Positions 49,711 to 62,792 of a stretch of DNA of 64,000 bases are shown in pieces. Numbering within the stretch: the first letter of the stretch is position 1; each line of letters opens with the position of its first letter. Origin of the DNA: the human T2T-CHM13v2.0 reference genome, Homo sapiens. Where the stretch lies: the NCBI RefSeq assembly GCF_009914755.1, contig NC_060931.1, one strand, 5' to 3'. The notes under the pieces were generated by a model that worked only from the letters and a program-made list of their open reading frames with translations, did not search any database and was not told the DNA's origin. The position numbers were made by a program, and so were the translations under genes.

Positions 49711-51159
49711 TAATATCAAAGAAATGTCTGTTATAAAAAATGGAGATAATCTATGCTGAACAAACCAATACCGATAATATTTTTCCAAGACATCGATGAA
49801 AGTACAAGCACAATGGAGCTTTGGAAAAACAAAACATACAAACAAAAAAGCCCAAATATTTTATTTTCATTAATATGTTGAAAACTGGTAAGCAGACATA
49901 TTCCAACTCCAATTCCATTTCTACCTTAATCCCATTGCCCCCAATTTCCCTAAACATTTCTCTGAAATTTCTTTTGAACTGCATTGCATTCTGTACACCA
50001 TTGTTCTTCATTTCTCAGACTTTACTTGAAGCACATTTGAATCAAATGAGCTCAACATATTTCCATTTACCATTTGTCTTGAGACCCTAATACATTGATT
50101 TGCATGTAGCAAGTACTCAAAGTAGTTGCTGTGATTATTATTTTTATTTATAGTTGTATTATTAGCAATAGCTACATTAGTAATAGTCTAATCAGACTGA
50201 CTCATTATCTCAATTGCTCTTTAAAGTTGGTACCAAATTTAAGTGTACTTTTCAGTTGAGGAAGCTGAGGCTTAGAGAGATTAAATGATTAAGAGATTAA
50301 GAACCAAGTCACACTAGTGGCAGCACCATGACTCAAGTTCAGATCTGCCTAACAACAATGCCAGGCTCTTTTTAACTAAACTGACACACATGTTTAAAAA
50401 TATATTCTGATAAAGGGGTGATTAAAAAATAAAAAATAGAAAGATCATATAGAAATGACTATATTTCAGCCGTACTTCCTATTCCAGTCCCTGGTCAAAT
50501 AAATCGTTGCAATGCAAAGTGATACATTACACATTATATAAATGTGTGTGTGTGTGAATGTGTATATAAAGGATAATTTGCCTTTCTCACTTCTTGATGA
50601 TAAAACTTAAAGAATAATTGTTTCTGTGACACACAAACTCTGCACATATTTTTTTTCAGTTTGCACACCCTGGAATGCTCATTTACCTCTCTTCAGCTTG
50701 GGAGTTTCAATGTGCTCATAGCCAGCAAAAGTGAGCTTACTGCTGCTGCCTTAAAGTCAGTGCTTCAACAATCTCATAAAAAATTGAAATTTCCACCTTT
50801 ATTCAAGCTTGTCAGGAAATCTCCCCATAGCCCTCTGTATCTGAAAATACATTATAACTTCTTTAAAGCACCGTGGGAAAGAGTTTTACATTTTTTCAGT
50901 TGCACATAAAATCACCTTATGAGCTGCCGAATGAAACTGGTAAAACTCAGTGAATGGGGATGCCTGCTTCAAAATTTCCTTTCTGAAATGGAGCTGCCAT
51001 ATTCCTTGCTTAAATAGTTAGCCTGCTTGTTTTACCTCTTCATTTAACTCCTAAATAGAAATTAGGAATTCTTGAAGACATGCTCATTAATTAAAGTAAG
51101 ATATAACCACTTCTTACTAGTAGAACTGACACAATGAATATATCCCAAATGTTGCTCTC

Positions 51160-52730
51160 ACACGGGAAGGGTTGAGAGTTGATATGTAATGGTATTGGAG
51201 CAAAGTTTTTATATAGTATTAAAATTAACTTGGTAGTAATCCAAACTAGAATATTTTAAACTAAGATGTTAATTCTAATCTTCAGGGCAACCACTAAGAA
51301 AATTTAACTCTAAAAAATGATGTAAAATAAACAACAAGGGGATTAAAATGATACACTAGAAAATATTCAGCACAAGGAAAGGCAGTAACGGAGGCGTCAA
51401 GGAATAAAAAAGACATGACATATAGAAAATAAATAAAATATGGCAGCTGTAAATCCTACTTTATCAGTAGTAGTATTAAATATAAATGGATTAAACACTC
51501 CAATTAAAAGCCAGAGGACTGGCAGGATAGATATTTAAAAACGATTCAACTACTTACTATCTACAAAAGACACATTTTATATTCAAGGATACAAATAGGT
51601 TGAAATTAAAAGGATGGGAAAAATGTCATGCAAGTAATAACTAAAAGAGAGCTGGATTTGCCATATTAATATCAGAAAAAAAAGACTTTAAGCCAAAAAT
51701 TGTTACTATAGACGGATCATTTGATAATGATAAAAGGATCAGTCTATCAAGATGACATAGAAATTATACACATATATGCACCTGACAATAGAACCCCAAC
51801 ATGTGAAACAAAAACTGACAGAATTAAAGAGAGAAATAGGCAATTCGACAGTATTCAATATCCTACTTTCAATAAAAGAATAGGCAGAAGATAGACATGG
51901 AAATAGAAAACTTGACCAATACTATAAGTCAACTAGACCTAACAGACATTTGTTGAATAATCAACAGCAACAAAATGTACATTCTTCTCAAATTTATGTG
52001 GAACTCTCTCCAGGATAGACCAATATGTTAGCCATAAAACAAGTCCTGAGACTTTTAAGAAGACTGAAATCATGTAGAGCATATTCTCTGACCACAAGGA
52101 AACTAATTTAAGATAACAGAAAGAAATTTGGAAATTCACAAATATGGGGAAATTTTTAAAAATATACTACTGAATAACCAATGCATCAAACACGAAATCA
52201 CAAAGGAAGTTAGAAAGTCATTCTCAGCAAATTAACACAGGAACTGGAAACCAAACACCGCATGTTCTCACTCATAAGTGGGAGTTGAACAATGAGAACA
52301 CGTGGATACAGGGAGGGGAACATCACATACTGGGGCCTGTCAGGGGGTGGGGGGCCTAGGGAAGGGATAGCATTAGGAGAAATAGCTAATGTAGATGACA
52401 GGTTGATGGATGCAGCAAACCACCATGACCATGTGTATACCTATGTAACAAACCTGCACGTTCTGCACATATATCCCAGAACTTAAAATATAATTTTAAA
52501 AAAAGGAGAAGAAAATTCAAAAAAAAGGAAGTACTTTCAGGAAGTGTACATTTTATAAAAACAATTATGGGATACAACAAAGATACTACTTAAAAGAAAA
52601 TGTATAGCTCTAAAACCTATATTTAAAGAGAAAAAAGATCTCAAATCAATAACTTACCTTCCACCTTAAGAAACTAGAAAGAGTAAACTAAACCCAAAAC
52701 AAAAAGGAAGAATTAAAAATAGATAATTCT
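51160..52730 (+). mobile_element. Old L1M fragment including a decayed ORF2 endonuclease region
   Basis: TTAAATATAAATGGATTAAACACTCCAATTAAAAG (LNINGLNTPIK), ATATATGCACCTGACAATAG, CATATTCTCTGACCACA. Confidence 0.85.
52218..52530 (+). mobile_element. 5'-truncated L1PA (L1PA7-like) 3' end nested in the older L1M
   Basis: CATTCTCAGCAAA..CATGTTCTCACTCATAAGTGGGAGTTGAACAATGAGAAC..AACCTGCACGTTCTGCAC plus A-rich tail; host L1M sequence resumes after it. Confidence 0.9.
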
Positions 52731-53143
52731 CCAAAGGTTAAGAAAATCAGTAATTTTTCTATAAACACAGTGAAAATTTTCATTTGAAAAGCTTATTATA
52801 ATTTATAAGTACAGAGATCAATTTGAATTTGATTTTATGATTAAAGAAAATACTAGTTCACTGTGTGAAGATTTGAAATTGCCAAAAAGCATTTTAAATA
52901 TCACAAGCTGGAGTTATCCATCTTTAATATTTTGGCACATTCTCTTCCAATCTTTATTCTAGGCCCATGTACATAAAACTTATGCCAGAGAACAGGAAAT
53001 ATATACATATTTCTATATATTTTGTCACTCAATATTTGATTATAAATTTTCCTGTGTTATTAACACTTCTTTGAAATATTATCAATGACTGTATAATAAT
53101 GCTGCCTGCAAATGAAGCTTAATTTATTGAACCATTTCCCTGA

Positions 53144-53477
<334 letters not shown>

Positions 53478-54034
53478 TCTGTGTTTTTTCTTAGAATAAA
53501 AGTTCTAGATGTGGGATTACTAGGTCAATGATTAAACTGCTTTAAAAAACTTTCTCCTGTTGTGATTTGCTTTTCAGAAAGGTTGTACCAATTTGCATTA
53601 ACACCAGCAGTGTATTGGAATGCCTGTAGAGATCCAAATTGAGTCATACAATATGGCAAGTACTAACATATTACAGAATCAAAAATTAAAATATTTTAAT
53701 GTCAAGACCATTCCAGAAAATTTAGGACGTGATTTTAAAAATCAATAAAGAAATTACTATTTTCCTTTTCACACATCACCAAAATATTACTAGAGTGAGT
53801 TTAAATTTTTTGCTGCATCTATTCATAAAATCTGGAGTTGAAATGGAATTTAGAATCCCTGTGTCTAACTTCTTATTTTATAGACTATTTAACTAAAGCC
53901 CAGAAGGATAAAGTGAGTAGCCCAAGTCACACAGCTGTGCCCATGACTTACAGTCTGGTGCACTTTGTTTTTTAAACAACTTAATATTTAAAAATACAAG
54001 TAACATGTGAATATACCTCTGTAAAAATTCAAAT

Positions 54035-54265
54035 ATTACAGATATATAAATATAAACATATAAATGTACCGATAATATATAATGTGTATAATATACAAAT
54101 AATATATAAATATATTTAATATATAAACATAATATGTAGAAAATGTTATATGTAATATATATTACATATAAATATACAGATGACCTAGTATATATTTATA
54201 ATATATTATATATAAAAATATAAAATGTATTATGTATAGATAACTGTATTCATGTATATATATTC
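54035..54265. repeat. AT-rich low-complexity tract
   Basis: Degenerate TA-rich run. Confidence 0.85.
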
Positions 54266-54449
54266 ACACACACGCACACATGTTCCCTCCATCCCTCATC
54301 CTCAATTCCATTCTAATTCTCAGAGCCCTCCAATGGTGGAGATCTTTCCAGACATTTTCTAAATTCTTAATCTATAAATTTAAATTCGTATTATAGTTTA
54401 TCTTCAACTTATTTTTTTCTTTTCTTTTTTTCACTTAACAATATGTCAT

Positions 54450-54640
54450 GTACTGAGGCCTTTAAGAAGCTGGAGGGTGGGAGGAGGGAGAGAATCAGGA
54501 AAAATAACTAATGGGTACTAGGCTTAATACCTGGGTGTTAGAATCATCTGTACAACAAACCCAACCCCCATGACACAAGTTTACCTATGTACTTGTACCC
54601 CTGCACTTGTATCCGCGAACTTAAAAGTTAAAATAAAACT
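54450..54640 (+). mobile_element. L1PA13-16-like 3' terminal fragment
   Basis: GGAGGGTGGGAGGAGGGAGAGAATCAGGAAAAATAACTAATGGGTACTAGGCTTAATACCTGGGTG..CCCCATGACACAAGTTTACCTATG. Confidence 0.85.
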
Positions 54641-54902
54641 TAAATATTTTTTAAAAATGTGGAGGTCTTGTAACATAATATGGTCATATCATAACTTATT
54701 TAACCATTCTTTTTCGAAGAATATTTGATTTGTTTTAATCTCTTGCTTTCACAAATGATGCTGCAATGAACATTTTGAATGTACATTTTTATGCACATGT
54801 GCAAGTGTTTCTGTGGGATACTCAGGTGTCAAATTGCTGGGTCAGTGATAATGCGTATACTGCCAAACTGTCCTACAAACAGGCCATCCTCTAACCGTTA
54901 GT

Positions 54903-55446
54903 GTGATAGGCAGAATAAAGCCTCCTCCCAGACATATCCATGTCCTAATCCTGAGAGCCTGTGACTATGTTACCTTGCACAGCCACAGAGAATTTGCAGA
55001 TGGGATTAAAGTTAAGGACCTTCAGATGGGGGAATTATCCTGGAGTATCTAGTTGGGCCCAATCTAATCACATGAATCATTAAAAGCAAAGAATCTGTCT
55101 CAGCTGTGGTCAGAAAGGGGGCGGTGACTACAGGAGAATGATCAGAGGGTTGCAACATCGCTGGCTTTAAAGATGCATGATGGAGGCCAGGAATGCTGGC
55201 GTCCTCTGGAAGGCAAGAAAACGGGAAAGGCAAGTAAATGGAAAAGGCAAGGAAGTGGAAAAGGCAAGGAAATAGATTCCCTCTAGAGTCTCCAGAAAGG
55301 GATACAGCCCAGTCTGACACCTTTATCTAAGCCCAGTGAGATTCTGTGGGACGTCTGATCTGCTAAACTATAGGATAGTAAATTTGTGTTGTTTTAAGCC
55401 ACTAAATCTGTGTCAGTTTGGTACCGCAGTAATAGAAAATAAATAA
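54903..55446 (+). mobile_element. MLT1D-like MaLR solo LTR inside L1ME-like sequence
   Basis: TGTGATAGGCAGAATAA..TTGCAGATGGGATTAAAGTTAAGGACCTT..AAATTTGTGTTGTTTTAAGCCACTAA. Confidence 0.85.
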
Positions 55447-57467
55447 AATTGATGTTAGAGAATACTCATTTAAAAATCTTAGCATTAGATGTTATCAGTC
55501 TGTTTAACTTTTTCAAATCTCATAGTCAAAATTGGTGAGCCACTGTTGCTTTCATTTGAATTTCCCAGGTTACTGATGACACTCAGCTTTTTTTCATAAG
55601 TTTTTGACCTTTCGAATTTCTTTTGTAACTTGGCAGAGAAGTATCTGGGCTTATTCTTCTGTTGGATTGTTTGACATTTCTGATTAACTTGTAGTCTCTT
55701 TTAAATGTTTGCATTCTTATAGTAGAATTTTGTAGCCTTTGCTTGTTAGATGTGTGCCAAATATTTTTCCCCAGTTTGTCACTTGTTTTATTTTCTCCAC
55801 ACTCATTCTACTTTACCAAGTTGCTTGGTCTGCCTCTTGATTTCCTAGCTCATCCCCTAGTGTGGTTTGCGGGTAAGCACTGACTGCATGTCACATGCAC
55901 AAGAATGTTGTTGAAATGGGAACCATCTATGCTGGTGGACTCTGCCAAGGTTGAATAGATCAAAATGCCACCTAACTCTAGGGAGGAGAGGTGGAGAGTT
56001 TTTTAGTTTTTGGGTTTTAAATATAGGAATGGTACAACATGGTAAGTAAGGTTGCTTTCTTTAAAGAAAATAATCCACAGATCCTGTAAAATCAATGAAC
56101 TGAAGTTAACAGATTGATTCAGAATGTTGAGTTTTTTTCCTCAGAGTTGACATAACCTGCTGTACTGAACAAAGTGGTGTTTTGTCAAGCACTTGGCCAG
56201 CATGTGTGTTAGGGCTAGCTCCATTTGGTTCTTATCCTATTCTGTTCTCACTAAACCAAAATTTTTTTTCAAAAATGTCTAGGGTCTTAGGAGAGTTGGA
56301 CACATTCAAAACACAATATGTGATTAAGAAGATTAAAGATTAATACTTATTGATGGATTACTATGTGCCAAACTTCCAACCGAATCCTGACAACAATTCC
56401 TTAAGGTGAGTATTTGTTGTCCCATTATAAAAATGAGAAAACAGGCTCAGAGAGTGAGCAGCTTACCCAAGATACCATTAAATGATAGAACCTGAATTTG
56501 AACCTCAGAAACCAATGCTCTTAAGCACTATAACAGCTGAAAACTAATTTTAGCCATCCTACAATAAAAATTCTCCAGTAAACTGAATTAGTAAAGCATT
56601 CTGAATTATACCATTTTTAGATGCTTTTCAGAATATTTATAGTAACTAGGAACTAGGCTACAAAGTGTCCAATGGAAGAGTTGTTTTTTTTAAAAAAAAA
56701 AAACTTGATTGAATAGATAACAGTGCTTTACAATTAGTCATCAGTTTATCAGATGATTACCTGCTGATGGATGCTTCTGAAATAGTGCATGGTTCTTGAA
56801 AAGTAGCTTTCCCCATTTCTCTGCAATCTTATTTACCCTATAATTTGCAAAATAAATCTTTTATTTAGAGATAACACAGAAACTTTATTATAGCTCCTAT
56901 ATGATTTATCTCAAATTCTAGATTTGTGGAATCCAAATTAAGGAGTTTAACTGTTAGGTCTTGCATTTCTGGTTTCTCTTCGACATGCCTATACGAGGAA
57001 AAGAAGGCAATCAGCTTCCAATGTGGCAGAGAGTGTACTAACTGCTTTCTGGAGAGAAAAATATATTCTGGGGACATTTATAGCCTGTTCAGCAGCTGTC
57101 AGAAGGTCCTAGGGCTACAGCAGAGCCATGAGGCTGGCCCTGCCCTGGAGTCCTCCGGCCCCTGGGGCTGGGGAGTGATCCAGAACAAGCCCACGCAGAG
57201 CCATAGCAGCATTCAGCCAAGGCTGGCATTCCCCCGCTTATCTCACAGAATCAGGGTCTCTGCTCACAGAAAAAGCCCAATCAACCTCTTCAATAAAATT
57301 CCTTTCCCAGTATCTTTCCAGAAGAAATTAACCACTTTATTGTCCAGAAATACACAGGCTGCATTTTGATCAAATAATGGAAAAGGTGTGTGTATGAGAA
57401 GGAGAGATTTGGTAGGAGTTTGGTTTTTTGAAAAATCCCATTTCCCACAGTCCCCATATTTGCTTAT

Positions 57468-57771
57468 TTATTTATTTATTCATTTATTTTTGAGACAGAG
57501 TCTGGCTCTGTTGTCCAGGCTGAGTGCAGTGGCCTGATCTCGGCTCACTGCAACCTCTGCCTCCGAGGTTCAAGCAATTTTCGTTCCTCAGCCTTCAGAG
57601 TAGCTGGGATTACAGGTGTGCGCCACCACACCAGCTAATTTTTGTATTTTTAGTAGAGATGGGGTTTCACTGTGTTAGCCAGGCTCATCTCAAACTCCTG
57701 ACCTCAGGCAATCCACCCACCTGGACCTCCCAAAGTGCTGGGATTACAGGCGTGAGCCACTGTGCCTGGCC
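57468..57771 (-). mobile_element. AluS-like SINE
   Basis: Reverse dimer with (TTTA)n tail; TSD CATATTTGC(T/C)TAT. Confidence 0.92.
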
Positions 57772-57819
57772 CATATTTGCCTATGTAAATTACAGTATCA
57801 ATAGTAGTGGACATACATT

Positions 57820-58319
57820 GTTTCCTAGAATCCATTCTGCCTTTGGGGAACCACCACTCCCTACTCTGTGCCCCCACTGCTTCTCAGGATCGAAGCGGGA
57901 GCTTTGCTGGCCAATGAGAATGAGCCCTGGCCCCACTTACTGCCTCAGGGAAGGGTTTGGGGATCAAACTGGCAGGGTTCTCCCTGAGGTTCCTGCTAGA
58001 GCTACTAGGAAATTCTATGTCTTGCTTTTGCAGATCATTTTGTTAGAAAGATCTGAAGTCAGCTTATGAATGGCTGAAGTTTTTTAGTTACACGAGGGAG
58101 GTGGCTATCTGGAATGAAAAGAATGAGGGCAAAACACAGAGAGAAGCAGAGTTGGTGCAGAGACAACTCTGAAGACATCACCTGAACCCCCAGATCCAGC
58201 TGCCCCTAGGGCCAGCTCCATCCATGGTTTCCCAGTGACACGAGTCAAATCATCCCTTTTGGCCTAAGCTAGATTCTGCTCAATTCTGTTGTTTTCAGTT
58301 AAGGTCTCTGAGTAAGACA
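57820..58319 (+). mobile_element. MLT1K/L-like old MaLR LTR
   Basis: GGGAACCACCACTCCC..AACACAGAGAGAAGCAGAG..CCAGATCCAGCTG..CCCTTTTGGCCTAAGCTAG. Confidence 0.6.
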
Positions 58320-58329
58320 TTTTTCCGTG

Positions 58330-59200
58330 TATATTCAAACACCTATACTTTCTTTCCCCTTTTACAAAATAGGGTCATCCTATACATATTGCTTTACAAC
58401 TTGCTTTTCAACTTAATGTGTCACTGGCACTTTTCCAGATAGTACATTTAGAGCAACCTTGTTTTTGTTTTGTTGTTTATTTTAAACAGTAGAACATGCC
58501 ATATGAACACATCGTTCCTCTATTTATTTCTACTCATCAATGAGTGGACATTTTGTTGACTTCCTAGTTTTTTTATATTACAACTCAGTCTGCAATATAC
58601 ATCTTTAAAAATTATCTTTAGGCATTTGAGCAAGTACTCTTATAAGATAAATTCATGGCAATGGCATTTCTGAGTCAACAATTTTATAAGGATTTTCATA
58701 GAAATTTTATAGAAATTGCCAAATTGCCCTCCAGGAAAGTTATGTCAATACTAGGCATATATTTTTAAAAACTTCCTTTCCTATATGCTAACCAAGCTGT
58801 GAGATATTATTACTCTTTTTTATCTTTGGTAATCTGAGAGGTAAATATATCTCTTATTGTTTTTAGATGTGATTATTTAAATTTTAGTTAGACTCTTTTC
58901 TTCTGTTTAATGGTTATATATATTTCTTTATCTGGGACATGCTTGTACAAATCCCTTGCCCATTTTCTCCTGGGATGTTCATATTTTTCCCGGTGATTCA
59001 TAATAACTTGTTATGTACCAGTACACTGCCTGTCGTATAGTGTCATTTTTTCCCAATTTGCTTCATTTTTAAAATTTCTTATTTATGATGTCTTTTACCA
59101 GGCTGAAATTTTAATTTTCACATAGTATATAAATATTTTCTTCTTTTGTTCATTTAAAAAACTCAGTAAGGTTATGAATCTACTTCTAACATTTACTCTC
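58330..59200 (-). mobile_element. Old L1ME-like fragment
   Basis: Reverse L1 3'-region motifs (CAACTTGCTTTTCAACTTAA, TTGCCAAATTGCCCTCCAG, TCCCTTGCCCATTTTCT). Confidence 0.65.
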
Positions 59201-60034
59201 AAGTATTTTAATAGCCTCCAATAAAGAATTTAAGTTTGTTGGCTAGAAGATTGTGTGCTAATACATTTCGGCTACTAGATGTAATTGGTAAAAATTTTGT
59301 GAGGAAATCATTGTATGTCTCTTTTTAAGTTGTTCTATTTCCATCTGTGACATTATTTTGACTCTGAACAAGTGTTTGTAGCACATTTTTCTATTAAGTA
59401 ATGATTGGCAGTTGAGACGGGGGATGGTCAAGGTTTCTAGCTCATCTCTACACCATCTTGGTGAATGATCTTGGGTGAACCAAGTAAGCTTTCTAGTTTC
59501 GTCTTCTACATTTTGAAAGGAGTGGGTTAGATGACATAAGCTCAGAACTGTTCTAGCACCAAACTTTCAAGAGCCTGTGAATTCTTTGCTCGTATTTTTT
59601 AAAATGTAAATCTTATTCTAATTGATACACCATTTTCTAATACACAGTAAATAGTACTTCATAGTTTCTTTTTAGAGTGTGTTTTTGTGGAGAAAGAATG
59701 AATGAAGAGGATTACATTTATTAAGTGCCTACCAGGTTCCAGGTACTATACATATATTGGTTTATTTAGTCTCCACAACAAACTTTTGAGATGGAAAATG
59801 TAACTCTGTTTTATAGATGTGGAAACTGCAGTTCACTGAGGTTGACATTTCCGGGTTCATACAACAAGGATGGGGTAAGCTGTGATATCATCTGATCTTC
59901 ATGATTTTTTTATGTAGGTATTATAGATATTATCTTCTTTAGCTATTTTTGTTGATAAACTAAACTTATTATTGGTTTCTTTAATTTTTTTGAATAGGTA
60001 AATTATTTCAATGAATATATTTGGGCACATGTGA

Positions 60035-60260
60035 AATTGTATATATAGAGAGTATATATACAAATTGTATATATATACATAATTGTATATATACACATAA
60101 TTGTATATATAAATGGTATATATACATAATTGTATATAAATGTATATATAATTGTATATATAATTTGTATATATACATTTATGTATATATACAAATTATA
60201 TATACAATTATATATATAAATGTATATATGTACAAATTATATATATAATTGCATATATAC
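60035..60260. repeat. AT-rich degenerate minisatellite (AATTGTATATATA-type units) with internal strand inversion
   Basis: Units switch from AATTGTATATA to TATATACAATT around 60180. Confidence 0.9.
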
Positions 60261-60779
60261 GCACACTTTTTTTTATGCCAACATTGTTTTTTAAAATAAA
60301 TTTCTTCCATTCTTACCTTTTCAGTCCCCAAACCCAAGTATCTCCCACTGTCTGCTTTTGTTTTCTGATCATTACTAAAGTAATTCCCCAAACAGCTTCA
60401 CTGATTGCCCCACAAATTCACACTAGGTCCTTGGTGCTGCTCAGGAATGCGTTTTATTATTCACCATTGACTTCCTATTGAATTTCCCAAAGCAGAATTT
60501 CCCAGACCTTAGTTTCTTTCTCTATATTTGAACCTAGCACTTGCTTCCTTAATCTCAATAGGTGGCACTAACAAAGCTGACTTGGAATCCTCTGATGGAT
60601 ATTCCTTCCATTTCTCTCTTGTTCAAAATGTTACTTTTTCCTTCACATTGTTTTCCACCTGAGTTTCTGAGGAAATTTGTATTCCCCTTTGAGCAGTGCT
60701 AACCCTAATTAATCTTACTACATACAAAAAAAAACCAAAAAACCTAAGACAGACACTTTCAATTGCTCACAAAATACCA

Positions 60780-61751
60780 ATGCTGTCCTTTTCCCTCAAA
60801 TTAACACAACCCTAATTTTTAGCTGAGTTCATCAATGTCTAGTTAAAAGTTCTATACCTATGTAACAAAACTGCACGTTCTGCACATGTATCCCAGAACT
60901 TAAAAAATATATGTATAAATACAAAATTCTTTACGAAAATACAAAAGCTTCTCTACAAGCTAGGTAGGGCTACGTGACTGAGTTCTGACCAATGAAACAT
61001 AAGAAGTACAATTTGGCAATTTCTGGAATATTTCTTTTAAAAAGAGGTTGTGTACCCCCTGTCGTCTACCCATCCTGCTGCCTGGAATGCTGGGATTACA
61101 CACATGTAACCACGTGGCTAATCACAGTTCTTAGAATGTGTTTTGGTTATTTATTGCCATGTGGTTCAAATCAATGATTTTATTATTTCTTACGATTCTG
61201 TGGGTTGACTGGACTCAGCTGGGTAGTTCTTCTTCTCTGTGTGATGTCATTTGGGGCTGTATTCTTCTGGGGCTAGACAGGAACATCCAAGGTGGGCCAA
61301 ACACATAACTGACAGCTGGGGCTGACTTGCAGTTGGGGCTGTCAACCAGAGTGCCTCAGCTTTTCTCCACATGGCTCCTCACATGGTGAGACAGTTCCAA
61401 AGGGCAAGAAGTAATGCTGTTAATTATTTTAAGGCCTGACCTTGGAAGCCTTATAATATCATTTTCCCTATATTCTAATGGTCAAAACAGTCCCCATAAT
61501 TAAGAAGTTGGGGGAGCTTATGCGTATAGTACAGAGAGGAATTGTCAGGGCCAACTTTGGAGACGAGCTACCACAGACCATGATGATAAGAGTCACCCAA
61601 GGAACGACAGGGCTTAGAACCCAAAGGATTCCATAGTTGCCATTTAGTGCCCTGAACTTTTCTTATGAGAGAGCCAAATAAGTTTCCATTTTAGCAACTT
61701 CTATTTTTGGTTGTCTCTCACATAAAGGTGAACCCAATCCTAATGAATACA
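60780..61751 (+). mobile_element. MLT1J-like LTR carrying a tiny L1PA 3' end (~60853-60910) and an opposite-strand MLT1H-like LTR (~61137-61574)
   Basis: Host motifs GTGACTGAGTTCTGACCAATG and CCTGCTGCCTGGAATG; L1 end TATACCTATGTAACAAAACTGCACGTTCTGCACATGTATCCCAGAACTTAAA; inner LTR TCTGTGGGTTGACTGGACTCAGCTGGG..GCTACCACA. Confidence 0.65.
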
Positions 61752-62119
61752 TCAACTAAACAGCAAGTTACCCAACTACACTCCTTGACTTTGCAACCCT
61801 ATCCAGTCGCTACCGACTTTACTTCTTCTCTCTCACCATTTATCCCTTTATTTCAGGGTTATTTTTCATGAGAATTCCTCAAGCAAAGGTAATGACTAAA
61901 AGGAGAGAGAGGGAGGGAGAACAGGGAAGGTGGGCTATCTGGAGAGATGGCACGGGGTCACTGTAAAAGACTTATCTTTGTGTTATTAAGGCATAAGTGA
62001 TCCAATTTAGGGACAATCAAGTCATTTCTGTATCAGTCAACAAGATAAAAAATAAAAATGCTTAATATCTGTTTAAATGAGAAGATCGGGACTTAGGTCA
62101 GTTATATAAATACAGTCAT

Positions 62120-62792
62120 TGGAACTCTCCCACACTACTAGTGGGAATGGAAAATGGCACAACTGCTTTGGAAAACAATTTGGCAATTTCTTAAGAAGTT
62201 AAAAATATACTCACCTATGACCCAAGAGGAAAGAAAGTGCATGTTTATGCAAAGATTTTTACATAAATGTTCCCAGCAGCTTTATTCATAATAATCAAAA
62301 ACTGGAACATCCCAAATAGCCATCAACAGGTAAATGGATAAACAAACTCTGGCACATCTATATGATGAAATAAGAAGGAATAAATAGGAATGTCTGGAAT
62401 ACTAGGAATAAGTAGAATTAACTGTAATAAAGAATAAAGGATGATAACACACAACATGGGTGATTCTCAAAATTATGCCTAGTGAAAGAAGCCAGGCAAA
62501 AGAGAGTATAGTATATTGCATGATTCTATTTACATAAAATTCCATATTAGCAGGATTCATAGTGATAGAAAGGCAATCAGTGGTTGTCTGGGAAAGGAGG
62601 GATTCATGGGGAGGAAAGGATTATGAAGAGGCATTAAGAAACTTTGGAAGGTGATGGATGTGTTCACTATTCTGATTGCAGTGATGGCTTCATGGATGTT
62701 TACATAAGACAAAACTTATTAAATTGTACATTTAAATATATGCAGCTTATTTAGGGTCCATTAAACCCACAATAAAGTTGTAAAATTAAAAA
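62120..62792 (+). mobile_element. Old L1M (L1MD/L1ME-like) 3' end
   Basis: CTTTGGAAAACAATTTGGCAATTTCTT..CAGCAGCTTTATTCATAATA..GGTGATGGATGTGTTCACTATTCTGATTG..AATAAAGTTGTAAAA. Confidence 0.85.

Noticed and set aside
56926-58069. 147-aa and 181-aa ORFs
   Set aside because: Both start at non-ATG codons. The second is a translation of an antisense Alu running into LTR sequence; the first has no recognisable homology.
59899-60391. Tyr/Ile-rich ORFs
   Set aside because: Translations of TA-rich repeats.
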